From Dehalococcoidia bacterium (GTDB lineage: Bacteria > Chloroflexota > Dehalococcoidia > Plut-88900), in contig OZ240215.1 in NCBI GenBank assembly GCA_965197585.1, positions 544,001-608,000 on the forward strand: a stretch of DNA of 64,000 bases, written 5' to 3'. The notes beneath the pieces are model-generated. The model did no database searches and had not been told where the DNA came from. It saw only the letters and a program-made list of their open reading frames with translations. The position numbers and the translations under genes are program-made. Below, piece by piece: positions 37,780 to 47,007 of the stretch (positions are counted from its first letter, which is position 1; each line of letters opens with the position of its first letter).

Positions 37780-38304
37780 ATGGCTTGGGAATACTACATG
37801 GGTTCCCTGCGCTGGGTTCATGTCATCGCAGGGATCACGTGGATAGGGCTTCTATACTACTTCAACTTTGTTCAGACCACTTCTTTCCCTAAGATGGATG
37901 GAGGCTCCAGGCGAGACGCTTTCGTCAACCTTGTGCCTACGGCTCTGTGGTGGTTCCGCTGGTCCGCCCTGATCACCTTCCTTGGTGGCACCGCCTGGAT
38001 AATCTCCCGCGGTTTCCAGCTTGGAAGTTGGGATGGGTACATAGAATCGGCCTCATTCAAGTCCATCATGATCGGCGCAGGACTCGGTACCATCATGTTC
38101 CTGAACGTCTGGCTGATCATCTGGCCCAATCAGAAGAAGATTATCGCCGCGAACGTCGCTCAGTCGGAAAATCCCGACGCCCCCGGTCCTGACGCGTCCT
38201 GGGCTGGCACGGCGCTTCTCGCCTCCCGGACCAACACGCTCCTCTCCATACCCATGCTCTTCTTCATGATCGCCTCGGGTCACCTCGGCGTTCTGTGGAG
38301 CTAG
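37780..38304 (+). CDS. Urate hydroxylase PuuD-like membrane protein (no cytochrome c domain)
   Basis: RWVHVIAGITWIGLLYYFNF, WWFRW, MFLNVWLIIWPNQKK, SRTNTLLSIPMLFFM; GGAGG SD. Confidence 0.8.
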   Translation: MAWEYYMGSLRWVHVIAGITWIGLLYYFNFVQTTSFPKMDGGSRRDAFVNLVPTALWWFRWSALITFLGGTAWIISRGFQLGSWDGYIESASFKSIMIGAGLGTIMFLNVWLIIWPNQKKIIAANVAQSENPDAPGPDASWAGTALLASRTNTLLSIPMLFFMIASGHLGVLWS

Positions 38305-38344
38305 CATAGGGGTTGATTGAACACCACAAAGTAGGAGTGTAATC

Positions 38345-38587
38345 ATGGACATGCTCTTAAAACCGATCCTCAGCCTGTACGATATGGTCCTGGTCCCCAT
38401 CCTGAAACCGATCTTCCAGTTGGTCGAGCTGCTATTGCAGCCTTTTGAGGGGCCCTACTCGGCTGTTGTAATGCCCTTTCTGCGGCCTTTCAAGCCGATC
38501 CTTCAAGACCACAGGTTGACCATTCTCAGCGGTATCCTGCTGCTGGGCCTGTTCATCTTGGTCATACGCCTCGCCGTAGGGCTCTAA
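38345..38587 (+). CDS. Small membrane protein with Pro-periodic amphipathic repeats
   Basis: AGGAG SD, KPIL/KPIF repeats, C-terminal TM, followed by a terminator. Confidence 0.65.
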   Translation: MDMLLKPILSLYDMVLVPILKPIFQLVELLLQPFEGPYSAVVMPFLRPFKPILQDHRLTILSGILLLGLFILVIRLAVGL

Positions 38588-38609
38588 CCGGCACAGACCC
38601 TGACCAAGG

Positions 38610-38646
38610 AAAAAGGGGCCTCTCGCACCGCGAGAGGCCCCTTTTT
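38610..38646. terminator. Bidirectional rho-independent terminator
   Basis: AAAAAGGGGCCTCTCGC-acc-GCGAGAGGCCCCTTTTT. Confidence 0.85.
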
Positions 38647-38721
38647 GCATACCTCTCCCCTTGAGCCGTTTTTCGGCACTGATGTATACTTTGTCCAAAT
38701 CCCGCAGTTAGGAAACCGCCC

Positions 38722-39864
38722 ATGAAGGTCGACTGTCTTCAGGAGAATTTGAACGCTGCACTAGCCGACGTAGGCCGAGCCGTAGCCTCACGTACTCCCC
38801 TCCCCATTACCAGTAATGTCCATATCTCCACTGACGGAGGCCGACTCAAGCTCTCGGCCACCAACCTTGAACTTACCATAACCACATGGATAGGCGCCAA
38901 GGTTGAGGAAGAAGGGGTTGTCACCGTACCTGCTCGTCTTCTCGGCGAGTTCGTCGGGTCTCTCCCCTCCGAGGAGGTTCACCTTGTCGGCGCCCCCGGT
39001 GGCAAGAGCCTCAACGTCACCTGCGCCCGGTTCCAGGCCAACATCGCAGGCACGGACCCCGAGGAATTCCCCCCCACCCCCACCGTCGAAGACGGCTTCG
39101 AGGTCAACATAGGCACTGAACTCCTGAAGCAGGCCATCGATGGGGTTGCCTTTGCCGCTGCTACCGAAGATTCCCGCCCTGTCCTGACGGGCGTCCAGAT
39201 CGAGATCAAGGATGGCGGACTCGTTCTTGCAGCCGCCGACGGATTTCGCCTGGCTGTCCACGAGACCAAGCTCGCCGACGAGGTCCCCGAGAGCAGCGCT
39301 ATCATCGTGCCCGCGAAGTCCCTCCAGGAAGTGAGCCGCCTCGCATCCGGCAAGGACTACCCCGTTAAGATCAAAGTTAACGAGGGCAAGACCCAGGTCT
39401 TGTTCCAGTTCGAGACTGCCGCCGTCGTTTCACAGCTTATCCAGGGCACCTTCCCCAACTACAGCCAACTGGTCCCCAAGGAGCACGTTTCCAAGACCAC
39501 AGTTGACGTGGGAGAATTCGCCAGGGCCACCCGCGCCGCATCGATCTTCGCCCGGGACGGCAGCGGCATAGTCCGCTTGCAGACCTTCGAAGGCGAAGAG
39601 GACGGTATCGGCGGTCTATCCATCGAAGCCAGCTCCGAGGAAGTCGGCGACAACAAAGGCAAGATCACCGCCACCATCGAGGGTGACCCTGCGAAGATCG
39701 CCTTCAACGCCAAGTACCTCACTGAGGTTCTTGGCGTCCTGGGCCACGGTATGGTCGCCCTGGAAACTTCCAGCCCCTCCAGCCCGGGCGTCCTCAGGCC
39801 CCTCTCTCCCTCCGAGGGCGTCAGCTACGTCCACGTAGTCATGCCCATGTTCGTACAGTGGTAG
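38722..39864 (+). CDS. dnaN: DNA polymerase III beta clamp
   Basis: ATNLE, SRPVLTG, ADGFRLA, GTFPNY, FNAKYL, VMPM. Confidence 0.96.
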   Translation: MKVDCLQENLNAALADVGRAVASRTPLPITSNVHISTDGGRLKLSATNLELTITTWIGAKVEEEGVVTVPARLLGEFVGSLPSEEVHLVGAPGGKSLNVTCARFQANIAGTDPEEFPPTPTVEDGFEVNIGTELLKQAIDGVAFAAATEDSRPVLTGVQIEIKDGGLVLAAADGFRLAVHETKLADEVPESSAIIVPAKSLQEVSRLASGKDYPVKIKVNEGKTQVLFQFETAAVVSQLIQGTFPNYSQLVPKEHVSKTTVDVGEFARATRAASIFARDGSGIVRLQTFEGEEDGIGGLSIEASSEEVGDNKGKITATIEGDPAKIAFNAKYLTEVLGVLGHGMVALETSSPSSPGVLRPLSPSEGVSYVHVVMPMFVQW

Positions 39865-39916
39865 CCTAGGCTGCCCCTGCGTCCTGTCTGCCGGCATAGT
39901 TCACAAGGAGATTGCC

Positions 39917-41005
39917 ATGATCGCCAACGCGGCTGACTCCCGAGACCAGCGTATATCAGCCCTGAAGATTATCAACGAATATTACTGGATGCTCCTTAGA
40001 CACTTGGGGCGCTACACTGGGACCCGGCTCGGCGATGCGGGTCTGCGTGCCCTGGAAGAGGGATTCCGACTCTGCGGCCATTACCGCGGCGAATCGATGC
40101 GGCAAAATCCCGCCACCCTCGCCTCAGGCAACGACGCCCTGTCCCTCCTCAGGGCTTGGGACGTATCCGACTTGGCCTTCGCCCATCCCGACTCCGTAGT
40201 TGAAATCCAGGGTGGGCCTGCAGAGGTCACCGTAACCCTTCCCAGCGTCCCCGGCAGTGACTACTTTGCCAATCATGAAGGAGGCGAGATTCTCACCTCC
40301 TACTGGACCAACACCTTACAGGGCATCGTCGAAGGATTCGACGAGCAGATGTCGGTTTCCCATTCGGACATCCCCGCCGACGCCTCCGGCCCGCTGACCA
40401 TCACTTTCACCTACTCCGGCGATACCTCAAACGCCTCCGACGCCCCGCCTTCAGACCTCCTCGCAAAAACAGCCGATTCAATCCGCTTCTCCCGGCGAAC
40501 ATTCGGTGTCTTCGGTTCCCTTGGCATGTACGTGGCCCAGGCCCTCGAGGCTCGGTTCGACGCCTCGGGTGAGGAGATCATGCGCAAGTCCCTCTACGAT
40601 TTCGGCTACGAACGGGCCGAGGGCATGAAGGAAGAAGCCCTGGCCGCTGAAATGCCTCTCAACTTCGAGTCATGGACCGAGATCATCGAGCGTCGGGACC
40701 CCAACTCGACGGCCTTCGTGTTCCGCGGCTCCAATCATCTCTCGCCCGGAGTCATGCACACAACCTGCACCTACTGTCCCTGTGCCGAGGTCTGGGCCGA
40801 AGAGGGCCAGCGCGGCCTGGCTTTCGGATACATCTACGACATGGAAGTCCACCGTGGCCTCGTGGAGGGGTTTCATCCTGATGGAGTGGTTGGCTGGTCC
40901 AAAGTGAAAACCCGAGGAGACAAGGTCTGCGACTTCCGCTTCACAATCCCCAGCCTCGTCACGGCATCAGACCCTGAGTGGGCCCAAACGCAGAAGCGAG
41001 GTTAG
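39917..41005 (+). CDS. Two-domain ATC-hydrolase/V4R-like protein
   Basis: C-terminal CTYCPCAEVW...GLVEGF...GDKVCDFRF; the N-terminal half repeats the helical G..RG and GIVEGF pattern. Confidence 0.6.
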   Translation: MIANAADSRDQRISALKIINEYYWMLLRHLGRYTGTRLGDAGLRALEEGFRLCGHYRGESMRQNPATLASGNDALSLLRAWDVSDLAFAHPDSVVEIQGGPAEVTVTLPSVPGSDYFANHEGGEILTSYWTNTLQGIVEGFDEQMSVSHSDIPADASGPLTITFTYSGDTSNASDAPPSDLLAKTADSIRFSRRTFGVFGSLGMYVAQALEARFDASGEEIMRKSLYDFGYERAEGMKEEALAAEMPLNFESWTEIIERRDPNSTAFVFRGSNHLSPGVMHTTCTYCPCAEVWAEEGQRGLAFGYIYDMEVHRGLVEGFHPDGVVGWSKVKTRGDKVCDFRFTIPSLVTASDPEWAQTQKRG

Positions 41006-41037
41006 TCGGGCGCCGGGCCAAGGAGTGCAGGCGGCTC

Positions 41038-42072
41038 TTAGTCGCTGAACAGGGGCATAATCTCCCGGTTGATCCGCCTCATCATCCCCTTCTTGTCGAT
41101 GATGGTGAATAGCACCGTCGAGATGTTGTTGACTCCCAGGGGGAGCACCCCTGATATCTGCTCCCCGATATCGTCGGGGGTGCCGGGCATCAAGTAGAAG
41201 TCGATCAGTCTTTGGGATGCCAGCTTGGCGTGGTCGGCGTCCGTCTTCTCGTGCTGGTACGGGTCGAAGGCTTCGTAGGCAATCCGCATCTCGTCTATAA
41301 GACCCGGCTCCGCACGCTCGATACGCTGGCGCAGGTCCTCTATCTCGGGGGCTTTCCGACGGAACAGCGACCCATAGAAACTGCAGGCCCAGCTCATGGC
41401 GTAGGATGCCACCTCCCGGCGAGCCTCCTCCTTGGAATCGGCCACCAGGATCTCCGTCCTTGCCCAGATGTCTATTTCACCCGGGTCCCGACCCACGGAC
41501 TCCGCACCTCGGGCAATCTGCTCCAGGTTCCATTTCATCATCTCCGGGTGTACTCCCCCGAGCATCACACCGTCCGCCAATTCGCCCGCCATCCGCAACG
41601 AGCGTAATCCTATGGATGCCATGTAGACAGGCACCGGTTTTCGTATCCATTCCGAGTGCATCTTCGATCCGTGATACTCCACTTCCCGCCCTGCGGTGTA
41701 GTCCTTTATGAACTGCACCGTATCTCGGAACTCCTGCATGGTTCTGGCGTTCATGCCCATAGTCATCACCGAGCTGAACCCAGCCCCGATTCCCACGAAC
41801 GCCCTGCCGCCCGACACCTCGTTTATCGTCGCTGACGCGGTCGCCGTCACCGATGGGTGCCGTGTAAACGGGTTCGTCACTCCGTGCCCGATCTTGATCC
41901 GATTCGTGTTGAGCGCCGCGAGGGTCATCATCGAGTACACATCGCGGGAGAGGTTTTGGGAGTCGATCATGGTCAGGTGGGAGAAGCCGCAGTCTTCCGC
42001 CAGCCTCGAGTGAGATGCCACCTCTGAAATGGCCAAGTTCCGGCCCATGCCTACACTGAAATCTGCCTTCAT
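41038..42072 (-). CDS. LLM-class flavin/F420-dependent oxidoreductase (Mer-like)
   Basis: GVTNPFTRHPSVTA, GRAFVGIGAG, AGELADG. Confidence 0.88.
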   Translation of the reverse strand: MKADFSVGMGRNLAISEVASHSRLAEDCGFSHLTMIDSQNLSRDVYSMMTLAALNTNRIKIGHGVTNPFTRHPSVTATASATINEVSGGRAFVGIGAGFSSVMTMGMNARTMQEFRDTVQFIKDYTAGREVEYHGSKMHSEWIRKPVPVYMASIGLRSLRMAGELADGVMLGGVHPEMMKWNLEQIARGAESVGRDPGEIDIWARTEILVADSKEEARREVASYAMSWACSFYGSLFRRKAPEIEDLRQRIERAEPGLIDEMRIAYEAFDPYQHEKTDADHAKLASQRLIDFYLMPGTPDDIGEQISGVLPLGVNNISTVLFTIIDKKGMMRRINREIMPLFSD

Positions 42073-42105
42073 CGGCTGTTCTCCCCTGGGGCTACGCTTG
42101 CGGGC

Positions 42106-43875
42106 CTAAGAGTCGACGACCGGCAGCACGAGCCGAGAAGGGTGCGCCGCATCATGCAGTACCGTCTGAACACCAGTGACGGCATCAGCCGCCGACGCCC
42201 TATGCGCTTGGCTTCCCGCCCCGAGGTTTCTGGCAAAAGCTGGGAAATTACTAGACGCGACCCGCAGTCGTATCGACTGCCCCGGCTGGAATGCTATGGA
42301 GGTTGGGCCCAGGTCAATCGTGTATTCGTAAACTTGGCCCGGTTCTATCGGGGAAGGCACTTCCAGCGATTCTCGGTACGACGCCCTCAATATCCCTTCG
42401 CACACGTTGTAGGATGCGCCACTCGGCTCGACCACGCTAACCGTTACTGCCCAGTCCGTGTCCCGCGCCGACGATGCCGCCCACAAGACTAGCTGGACCT
42501 GCCCTGTCACTTCCAGCCGCTTATCCATCGGCGCGGAGGTGTAAATCAGCACATCCTCCCGAACCTCGGCGGCCGTCTGCTCCATCGAACCCGCCTCAAC
42601 AAAGCCCGGTATCCCGCGGACGTAAGGCCCACCGACTGTCGGGACAGGGTTCAGAGGATTGTGCAGGTAGGAATCGCCGGGCTCTTGTTCTTTGGGCGAC
42701 TCGATGCTGAGCGATCCATCCCCGTTACGGCTGTTGGCTCGACCCCCGCTGCGGAGGAAGAAGGACGTGTCCCGAGCCGTGGGAGGCCAGGACTCGGCCT
42801 CTTGCCATTGGTTGTCGCCCATCGTGAAATAGTAGGCCCGCGGGTCGGCGGTAATCCCGTTGTCCTCCCCCTTCAGCCAGTGGTCGTACCACGCCAGCAC
42901 CATCCCGTGATAGTCGATTCCATCTCCCGACGCCCCGCCCCCGAAATACCGCTGTCCTGCGTTGGCGGGAAGCAGGTGGCTGTGTATCCACGGGCCCAGG
43001 ACCATGTGCTGCTGGTCCCGTACAGCGTCAGTCGACCCATTTTCTTTCAACCATCCGTAGGAGCGCAGAGTTCCCCTGATGAAGCTGTCGAAATACCCGC
43101 CGATGCTCAAGACAGGCACGCGAACGTTGGCTAGCCGGTCCCACGCCCCGATCCTCTTCCAATAATCGTCGTACGTCGGATGGTCTATCCAGTCGTAGTA
43201 GTAATCTGCGACTTTCTTCAGGCCGGGCATGTCCCGAATGGGCAGGTGGCTCGACAAAGCCATCGGCTCGCGGGCCCATTTGCGCGTCTCGGCGACGGCA
43301 TCCTTCAGCTCGGGGGGCGTATCTGCGAGGTTGTCCAGCACGAAGCCCGCCGACCAGTGACCCGTCCACCACAACCCGAAGGCTCCACCCAGGTACGTCC
43401 AGCTGTCGTAGAGGTCGGCCGAGGTCAAGCCGGGCGCAATCGCCCTGAGGGATGGCGGGGACTCGGCGGCGACCAGCCATTGCGTGGCCCCGTGATACGA
43501 CATCCCGAACATACCCACATTCCCGTCGCTCCACGGCTGGGCAGCGCACCATTCCACGGTGTCGAATCCGTCCTGACCATCAAACCTGAACGGGTACCAT
43601 TCCCCCTCCGAGGCATGTCTGCCCCTCACGTCCTGTATCACCACCGCATACCCGCGAGCCGCCGCTCTCACGACGTCCAGGTGCAGTGTCCGATACCGGG
43701 GCTTGTGCTTTCCGTAAGGTATCCGGGACAGGAGCACGGGCCACTTTCCCGGGCCGCTCGGGCGATACACGTCCGCCCGGAGTACGACGCCGTCACGCAT
43801 AGGAACGGCGACATTCGTCTCACCTGTTAGAGATGTGGCCCGCGTGTGCTCTACTTTGCTTCTTCTAGGCAGCAA
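42106..43875 (-). CDS. CocE/NonD family hydrolase
   Basis: MRDGVVLRADVYRP, QDVRGR, GMSYHG nucleophile motif, GPWIH, SSNFP; start uncertain. Confidence 0.92.
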   Translation of the reverse strand: MLPRRSKVEHTRATSLTGETNVAVPMRDGVVLRADVYRPSGPGKWPVLLSRIPYGKHKPRYRTLHLDVVRAAARGYAVVIQDVRGRHASEGEWYPFRFDGQDGFDTVEWCAAQPWSDGNVGMFGMSYHGATQWLVAAESPPSLRAIAPGLTSADLYDSWTYLGGAFGLWWTGHWSAGFVLDNLADTPPELKDAVAETRKWAREPMALSSHLPIRDMPGLKKVADYYYDWIDHPTYDDYWKRIGAWDRLANVRVPVLSIGGYFDSFIRGTLRSYGWLKENGSTDAVRDQQHMVLGPWIHSHLLPANAGQRYFGGGASGDGIDYHGMVLAWYDHWLKGEDNGITADPRAYYFTMGDNQWQEAESWPPTARDTSFFLRSGGRANSRNGDGSLSIESPKEQEPGDSYLHNPLNPVPTVGGPYVRGIPGFVEAGSMEQTAAEVREDVLIYTSAPMDKRLEVTGQVQLVLWAASSARDTDWAVTVSVVEPSGASYNVCEGILRASYRESLEVPSPIEPGQVYEYTIDLGPTSIAFQPGQSIRLRVASSNFPAFARNLGAGSQAHRASAADAVTGVQTVLHDAAHPSRLVLPVVDS

Positions 43876-43892
43876 TCATCCGCTCCTCCGGT

Positions 43893-43910
43893 CCCCTCTC
43901 CCTTGACGGG
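43893..43910. repeat. Truncated CCCTCTCCC-type REP-like palindrome
   Basis: CCCCTCTCCCTTGACGGG is the left part of the element seen at 58997 and stops exactly at the IS-like end. Confidence 0.5.
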
Positions 43911-43960
43911 TGTATAGACCGGGGACATAGGTTACACATGTTCGGGGACATGGGTTACAC
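43911..43960. mobile_element. Isolated IS481-family-like terminal sequence (remnant)
   Basis: 5'-TGT terminus followed by two 18-bp direct repeats CGGGGACAT(A/G)GGTTACAC; no transposase nearby. Confidence 0.6.
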
Positions 43961-43976
43961 CAATAGGCTCAAAGCC

Positions 43977-45149
43977 CTAGCCTGCCACCATAGGAGTCGG
44001 CTTGGACTCTTTCCTGAACTGCGGCATCACCTTAGTCCCGAACATCTCCAGGGAGCGCATCACCTTGTGGTGGGGTATGCCGCCGCCACCGGGGAAGTTG
44101 GTCAGAAGGTGCTTCACGCCGCACACTTCCTGTAGCTCGTGGATCTTCTCGGCTACGTGATCGGGAGGGCCGGCGAGGAACTGGCGCTCATTCAAAAAGT
44201 CCCAGTCGAGCTTCATGTCGGGTGTAGGCTTCTCCCCCGGATTCATGTAGAACCGCAGGGACTGGGTAACGTCGGTGTGGAAGCTGCTCACGAACCCGTG
44301 GGCTGCGAGGAACGCCTCTTCTGCGTCGTTCTTAGCCTCCTCCATGGAATCCGCCACGTATGTGTTCCTTTGCACCGCCCACCCCTCCCCCAACCCAAAT
44401 TCCCGACCCTCCCTCTCCGACCGGATGGACGCATAGATCTCGCACCATTCCCGTATCTGCAGGACCGAGGGCCTCCAGGTAACCGCGTTAAAGCCCAGCT
44501 CCGCAGTCTGTTTTAAGGAGTTGGGCGATGATACCGTACCCCACAACTGAGGATGAGGCTTCTGGTACGGCTTCGGGAAAATGGCGAGTTTCGTGATTAT
44601 CCCGTCCTTGGTCGCCCGGGGGTCAGGCGGAGCGTAGGGCGTGTTCCACGGTATCCCCGGCGGGGGCAGCGTCCAGTTCTCGCCCTGGTGGGAGAAGACA
44701 TCCTCCGTCCAGGCCTTGACCAGAATCTCGATGTTCTCCCGCATAAGCTGCCGAGACTTGGCTTCGTCCCTGGGGTCGGCGTTGGCGTGGAAGGGCACAG
44801 TGTCCCGAGGCCAGGGCCCTCGGCCAAACCCGATCTCTATCCGGCCTTCCGTGAGATGGTCCAGTGTGGCCACGTCCTCGGCCAGTCTCAGGGGATGCCA
44901 AAGGCTCGGGACCAGGCAGGCAAACCCGATACGGAGGTTCTTGGTGCGGCTCGCCATGTCGGCGGCGACCATAAGCGGGTTGGGGGAGTTGCCGAACCCC
45001 TCCAGACCCAGGTGGTGCTCCCCGAGCCAGAGGTAGTCGAAACCCAACTCCTCCATCATCAGCACATACTCCCTCATCTCCCTAACGAGTTGGTCGTATG
45101 GAGTGGATAGGCCAGGGTCCCTGAACATGAAGACGCTGCCGAACAGCAT
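43977..45149 (-). CDS. LLM-class luciferase-like monooxygenase
   Basis: WLGEHH, HPLRLAEDVATLDHL, GRIEIGFGRG, PKPYQKPHP. Confidence 0.9.
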   Translation of the reverse strand: MLFGSVFMFRDPGLSTPYDQLVREMREYVLMMEELGFDYLWLGEHHLGLEGFGNSPNPLMVAADMASRTKNLRIGFACLVPSLWHPLRLAEDVATLDHLTEGRIEIGFGRGPWPRDTVPFHANADPRDEAKSRQLMRENIEILVKAWTEDVFSHQGENWTLPPPGIPWNTPYAPPDPRATKDGIITKLAIFPKPYQKPHPQLWGTVSSPNSLKQTAELGFNAVTWRPSVLQIREWCEIYASIRSEREGREFGLGEGWAVQRNTYVADSMEEAKNDAEEAFLAAHGFVSSFHTDVTQSLRFYMNPGEKPTPDMKLDWDFLNERQFLAGPPDHVAEKIHELQEVCGVKHLLTNFPGGGGIPHHKVMRSLEMFGTKVMPQFRKESKPTPMVAG

Positions 45150-45254
45150 CTGCTCTACCTCACTTATATCTACGTGTTTAGCTCAAGGTGTTTGGGGTCG
45201 GGGGGGATTATATGTGAATCCACCACTCAATTGAACCGAGTCCCCGAAACCGCT

Positions 45255-45593
45255 CTAATCGTGCCCGTGCCTCGATTCCTCTTCCAGCCACATCATCCGC
45301 CCGTTCATGCTCTCCTCCGTCACGAGACCCTTCTCCAAGGCAACCTTTTCCAGCGCCGAGAGCCATTGCTGGTAGTAGGAACGCCCATCCTTGTCCTTCT
45401 CCGACTCCTTGATCGCCGTGACCAGGGCTTCCCTGAACTCCGGCCACTCCACTACACCTGCATCGCTCAGACTGACGGCCAACCCGAAGGCACGGCTTTC
45501 CCACGGCATCTCGAATACCAATTCGCCGTTCTTCCGCGGCAAAGCCACCTCCCCACCCATCCCCGAGATTTGACTGTCTGTTAATTTCTCCAT
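45255..45593 (-). CDS. Nitrile hydratase accessory/activator protein (P14K-like)
   Basis: FEMPWESRAFGLAV, WPEFREAL, YYQQWLSALEK, His-containing tail; ATG 45593. Confidence 0.88.
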   Translation of the reverse strand: MEKLTDSQISGMGGEVALPRKNGELVFEMPWESRAFGLAVSLSDAGVVEWPEFREALVTAIKESEKDKDGRSYYQQWLSALEKVALEKGLVTEESMNGRMMWLEEESRHGHD

Positions 45594-45594
45594 T

Positions 45595-46053
45595 TTATAG
45601 TTGCGCAATCTCGCTAGGTGAGACTGTTACAGATCCCGTTGCGCCGTTGTACTCCATAGTCAACATGCCAAGGAAATCCCTGCCTAGCAAGGCAAAAAAG
45701 GGTGTTCCACTGGAACGCAATGGAATACCTGCAAACAGCCCGTCAAATGTGACTCCCAGGCTTGGTATATGAAGCTGAGCTTGATGTGATTCAGTAAGTT
45801 GAGGGCCGTGTATCCCGACTATCGCCCTACTGTCCACAATCGGCAACTCTAATGCTCTCGCTAGTGTGGCATCAACACAGCTCTCGGTAGCTCCTGTATC
45901 TATAAGAGCCAGGTATTGGCGTTCAGAGAAGCCTGACAGCACGTCTTCTTCGGGGGTGTAGTTTGGATCAAATCCAACCTGCACCCAGACGCATGGGCCT
46001 TCGTAAGCTAAACGGTCGGGCTCATTGGGGAACCCGCATTCTATAGATGGCAT
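45595..46053 (-). CDS. Retropepsin-like (clan AA) aspartyl protease
   Basis: ALIDTGATESCVD catalytic motif, LARALEL helix, ALLGRDFL; ATG overlaps the upstream TGA (TGATG). Confidence 0.85.
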   Translation of the reverse strand: MPSIECGFPNEPDRLAYEGPCVWVQVGFDPNYTPEEDVLSGFSERQYLALIDTGATESCVDATLARALELPIVDSRAIVGIHGPQLTESHQAQLHIPSLGVTFDGLFAGIPLRSSGTPFFALLGRDFLGMLTMEYNGATGSVTVSPSEIAQL

Positions 46054-46289
46054 CACCGGATCCCGTACATGATGCGTGATGAGAGGCGCAAAGGCCCTTC
46101 GCCTATTCTCTTTAACAGGTACGGGCCTCGGCCAAACCGCTTCCTCGCCACAGCTGCTGCCTTCTGAAAGGTCTCGTAGGTGCCAATCAACTTCTGGTCG
46201 TGGACCAATACCCATTCGCCCTTGTGATTCGCTTCCAGGTCGTCGCGCATCATTTCGTAGGCGATGATCTCTTTTTCTATGATAGCCAT
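46053..46289 (-). CDS. DUF5678-like small protein
   Basis: YEMMRDDLEANHKGEWVLVHDQKLIG pattern typical of the small partners of clan AA proteases. Confidence 0.7.
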   Translation of the reverse strand: MAIIEKEIIAYEMMRDDLEANHKGEWVLVHDQKLIGTYETFQKAAAVARKRFGRGPYLLKRIGEGPLRLSSRIMYGIR

Positions 46290-46371
46290 GGTAATTACCC
46301 CTGTCGGTCGATCATGTTAGCAAAATTCTCTGGCTGCCCCTACTCCGTTGTTTGCTACTGGCGCCGACTTG

Positions 46372-47004
46372 CTAACCCCTCCCCACCGCCTCCGGCATCC
46401 GCGCCTTGGCCACCCCGACCATGGAGTCCCTGGTCACCAGCTCGGCCAATTCGTCTTCGCCCATCCCTTCCGTCCCGGATGGCCGCTCGGGCAGAACCAT
46501 GTATCTGATCTCTGCGTTGCTGTCCCAGACCCGCAAATCGATCGACTCCTCTACATCCAACCCGAATTCTTTCAGCACTTCTCGCGGCTCGATGACCATA
46601 CGAGACCGGTACGAGAAGGACTTGTACCACGTCGGCGGGAGGCCGAGCACCGGCCACGGGTAGCATGAGCACAACGTGCAAACAACGGCGTTGTGGACAT
46701 TCGCCGTGTTCTCCAAAACCACTATCTCCGAACCTTCTGCTCCCTGAAACCCCAGTTCTGCGATGGCCTTGGTACCGTCCTCTAGCAAACGCGCTTTGTA
46801 TTCCGCGTCGACCCACGCCCGGGCCACGACCCTGGCTCCGTTCATGGGCCCTATGTCCTCTTCGTAGGTCTTCACCAGCGCGTCGATTGCGTCCGTGGTG
46901 ACGTAACCCTTCTCCACAAGCAGGGATTCCAGGGCCTTGGTCCGCAGGGAGGCATAGGACTCCGCCTCGTGCTCGTGGTCATGATCGTCGTGGTGTTCGC
47001 TCAT
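46372..47004 (-). CDS. nthA: Cobalt-type nitrile hydratase alpha subunit
   Basis: [12 protein letters not shown] (Thr/Tyr signature of Co type), GARVVARAW, His-rich N-terminus. Confidence 0.96.
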   Translation of the reverse strand: MSEHHDDHDHEHEAESYASLRTKALESLLVEKGYVTTDAIDALVKTYEEDIGPMNGARVVARAWVDAEYKARLLEDGTKAIAELGFQGAEGSEIVVLENTANVHNAVVCTLCSCYPWPVLGLPPTWYKSFSYRSRMVIEPREVLKEFGLDVEESIDLRVWDSNAEIRYMVLPERPSGTEGMGEDELAELVTRDSMVGVAKARMPEAVGRG

Positions 47005-47007
47005 TGC

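Noticed and set aside
38650-38721. Replication origin upstream of dnaN
   Set aside because: No dnaA and no DnaA-box cluster seen
43920-43960. Two 18-bp direct repeats as CRISPR or iterons
   Set aside because: Only two copies 5 nt apart after a TGT end; better explained as an IS terminus
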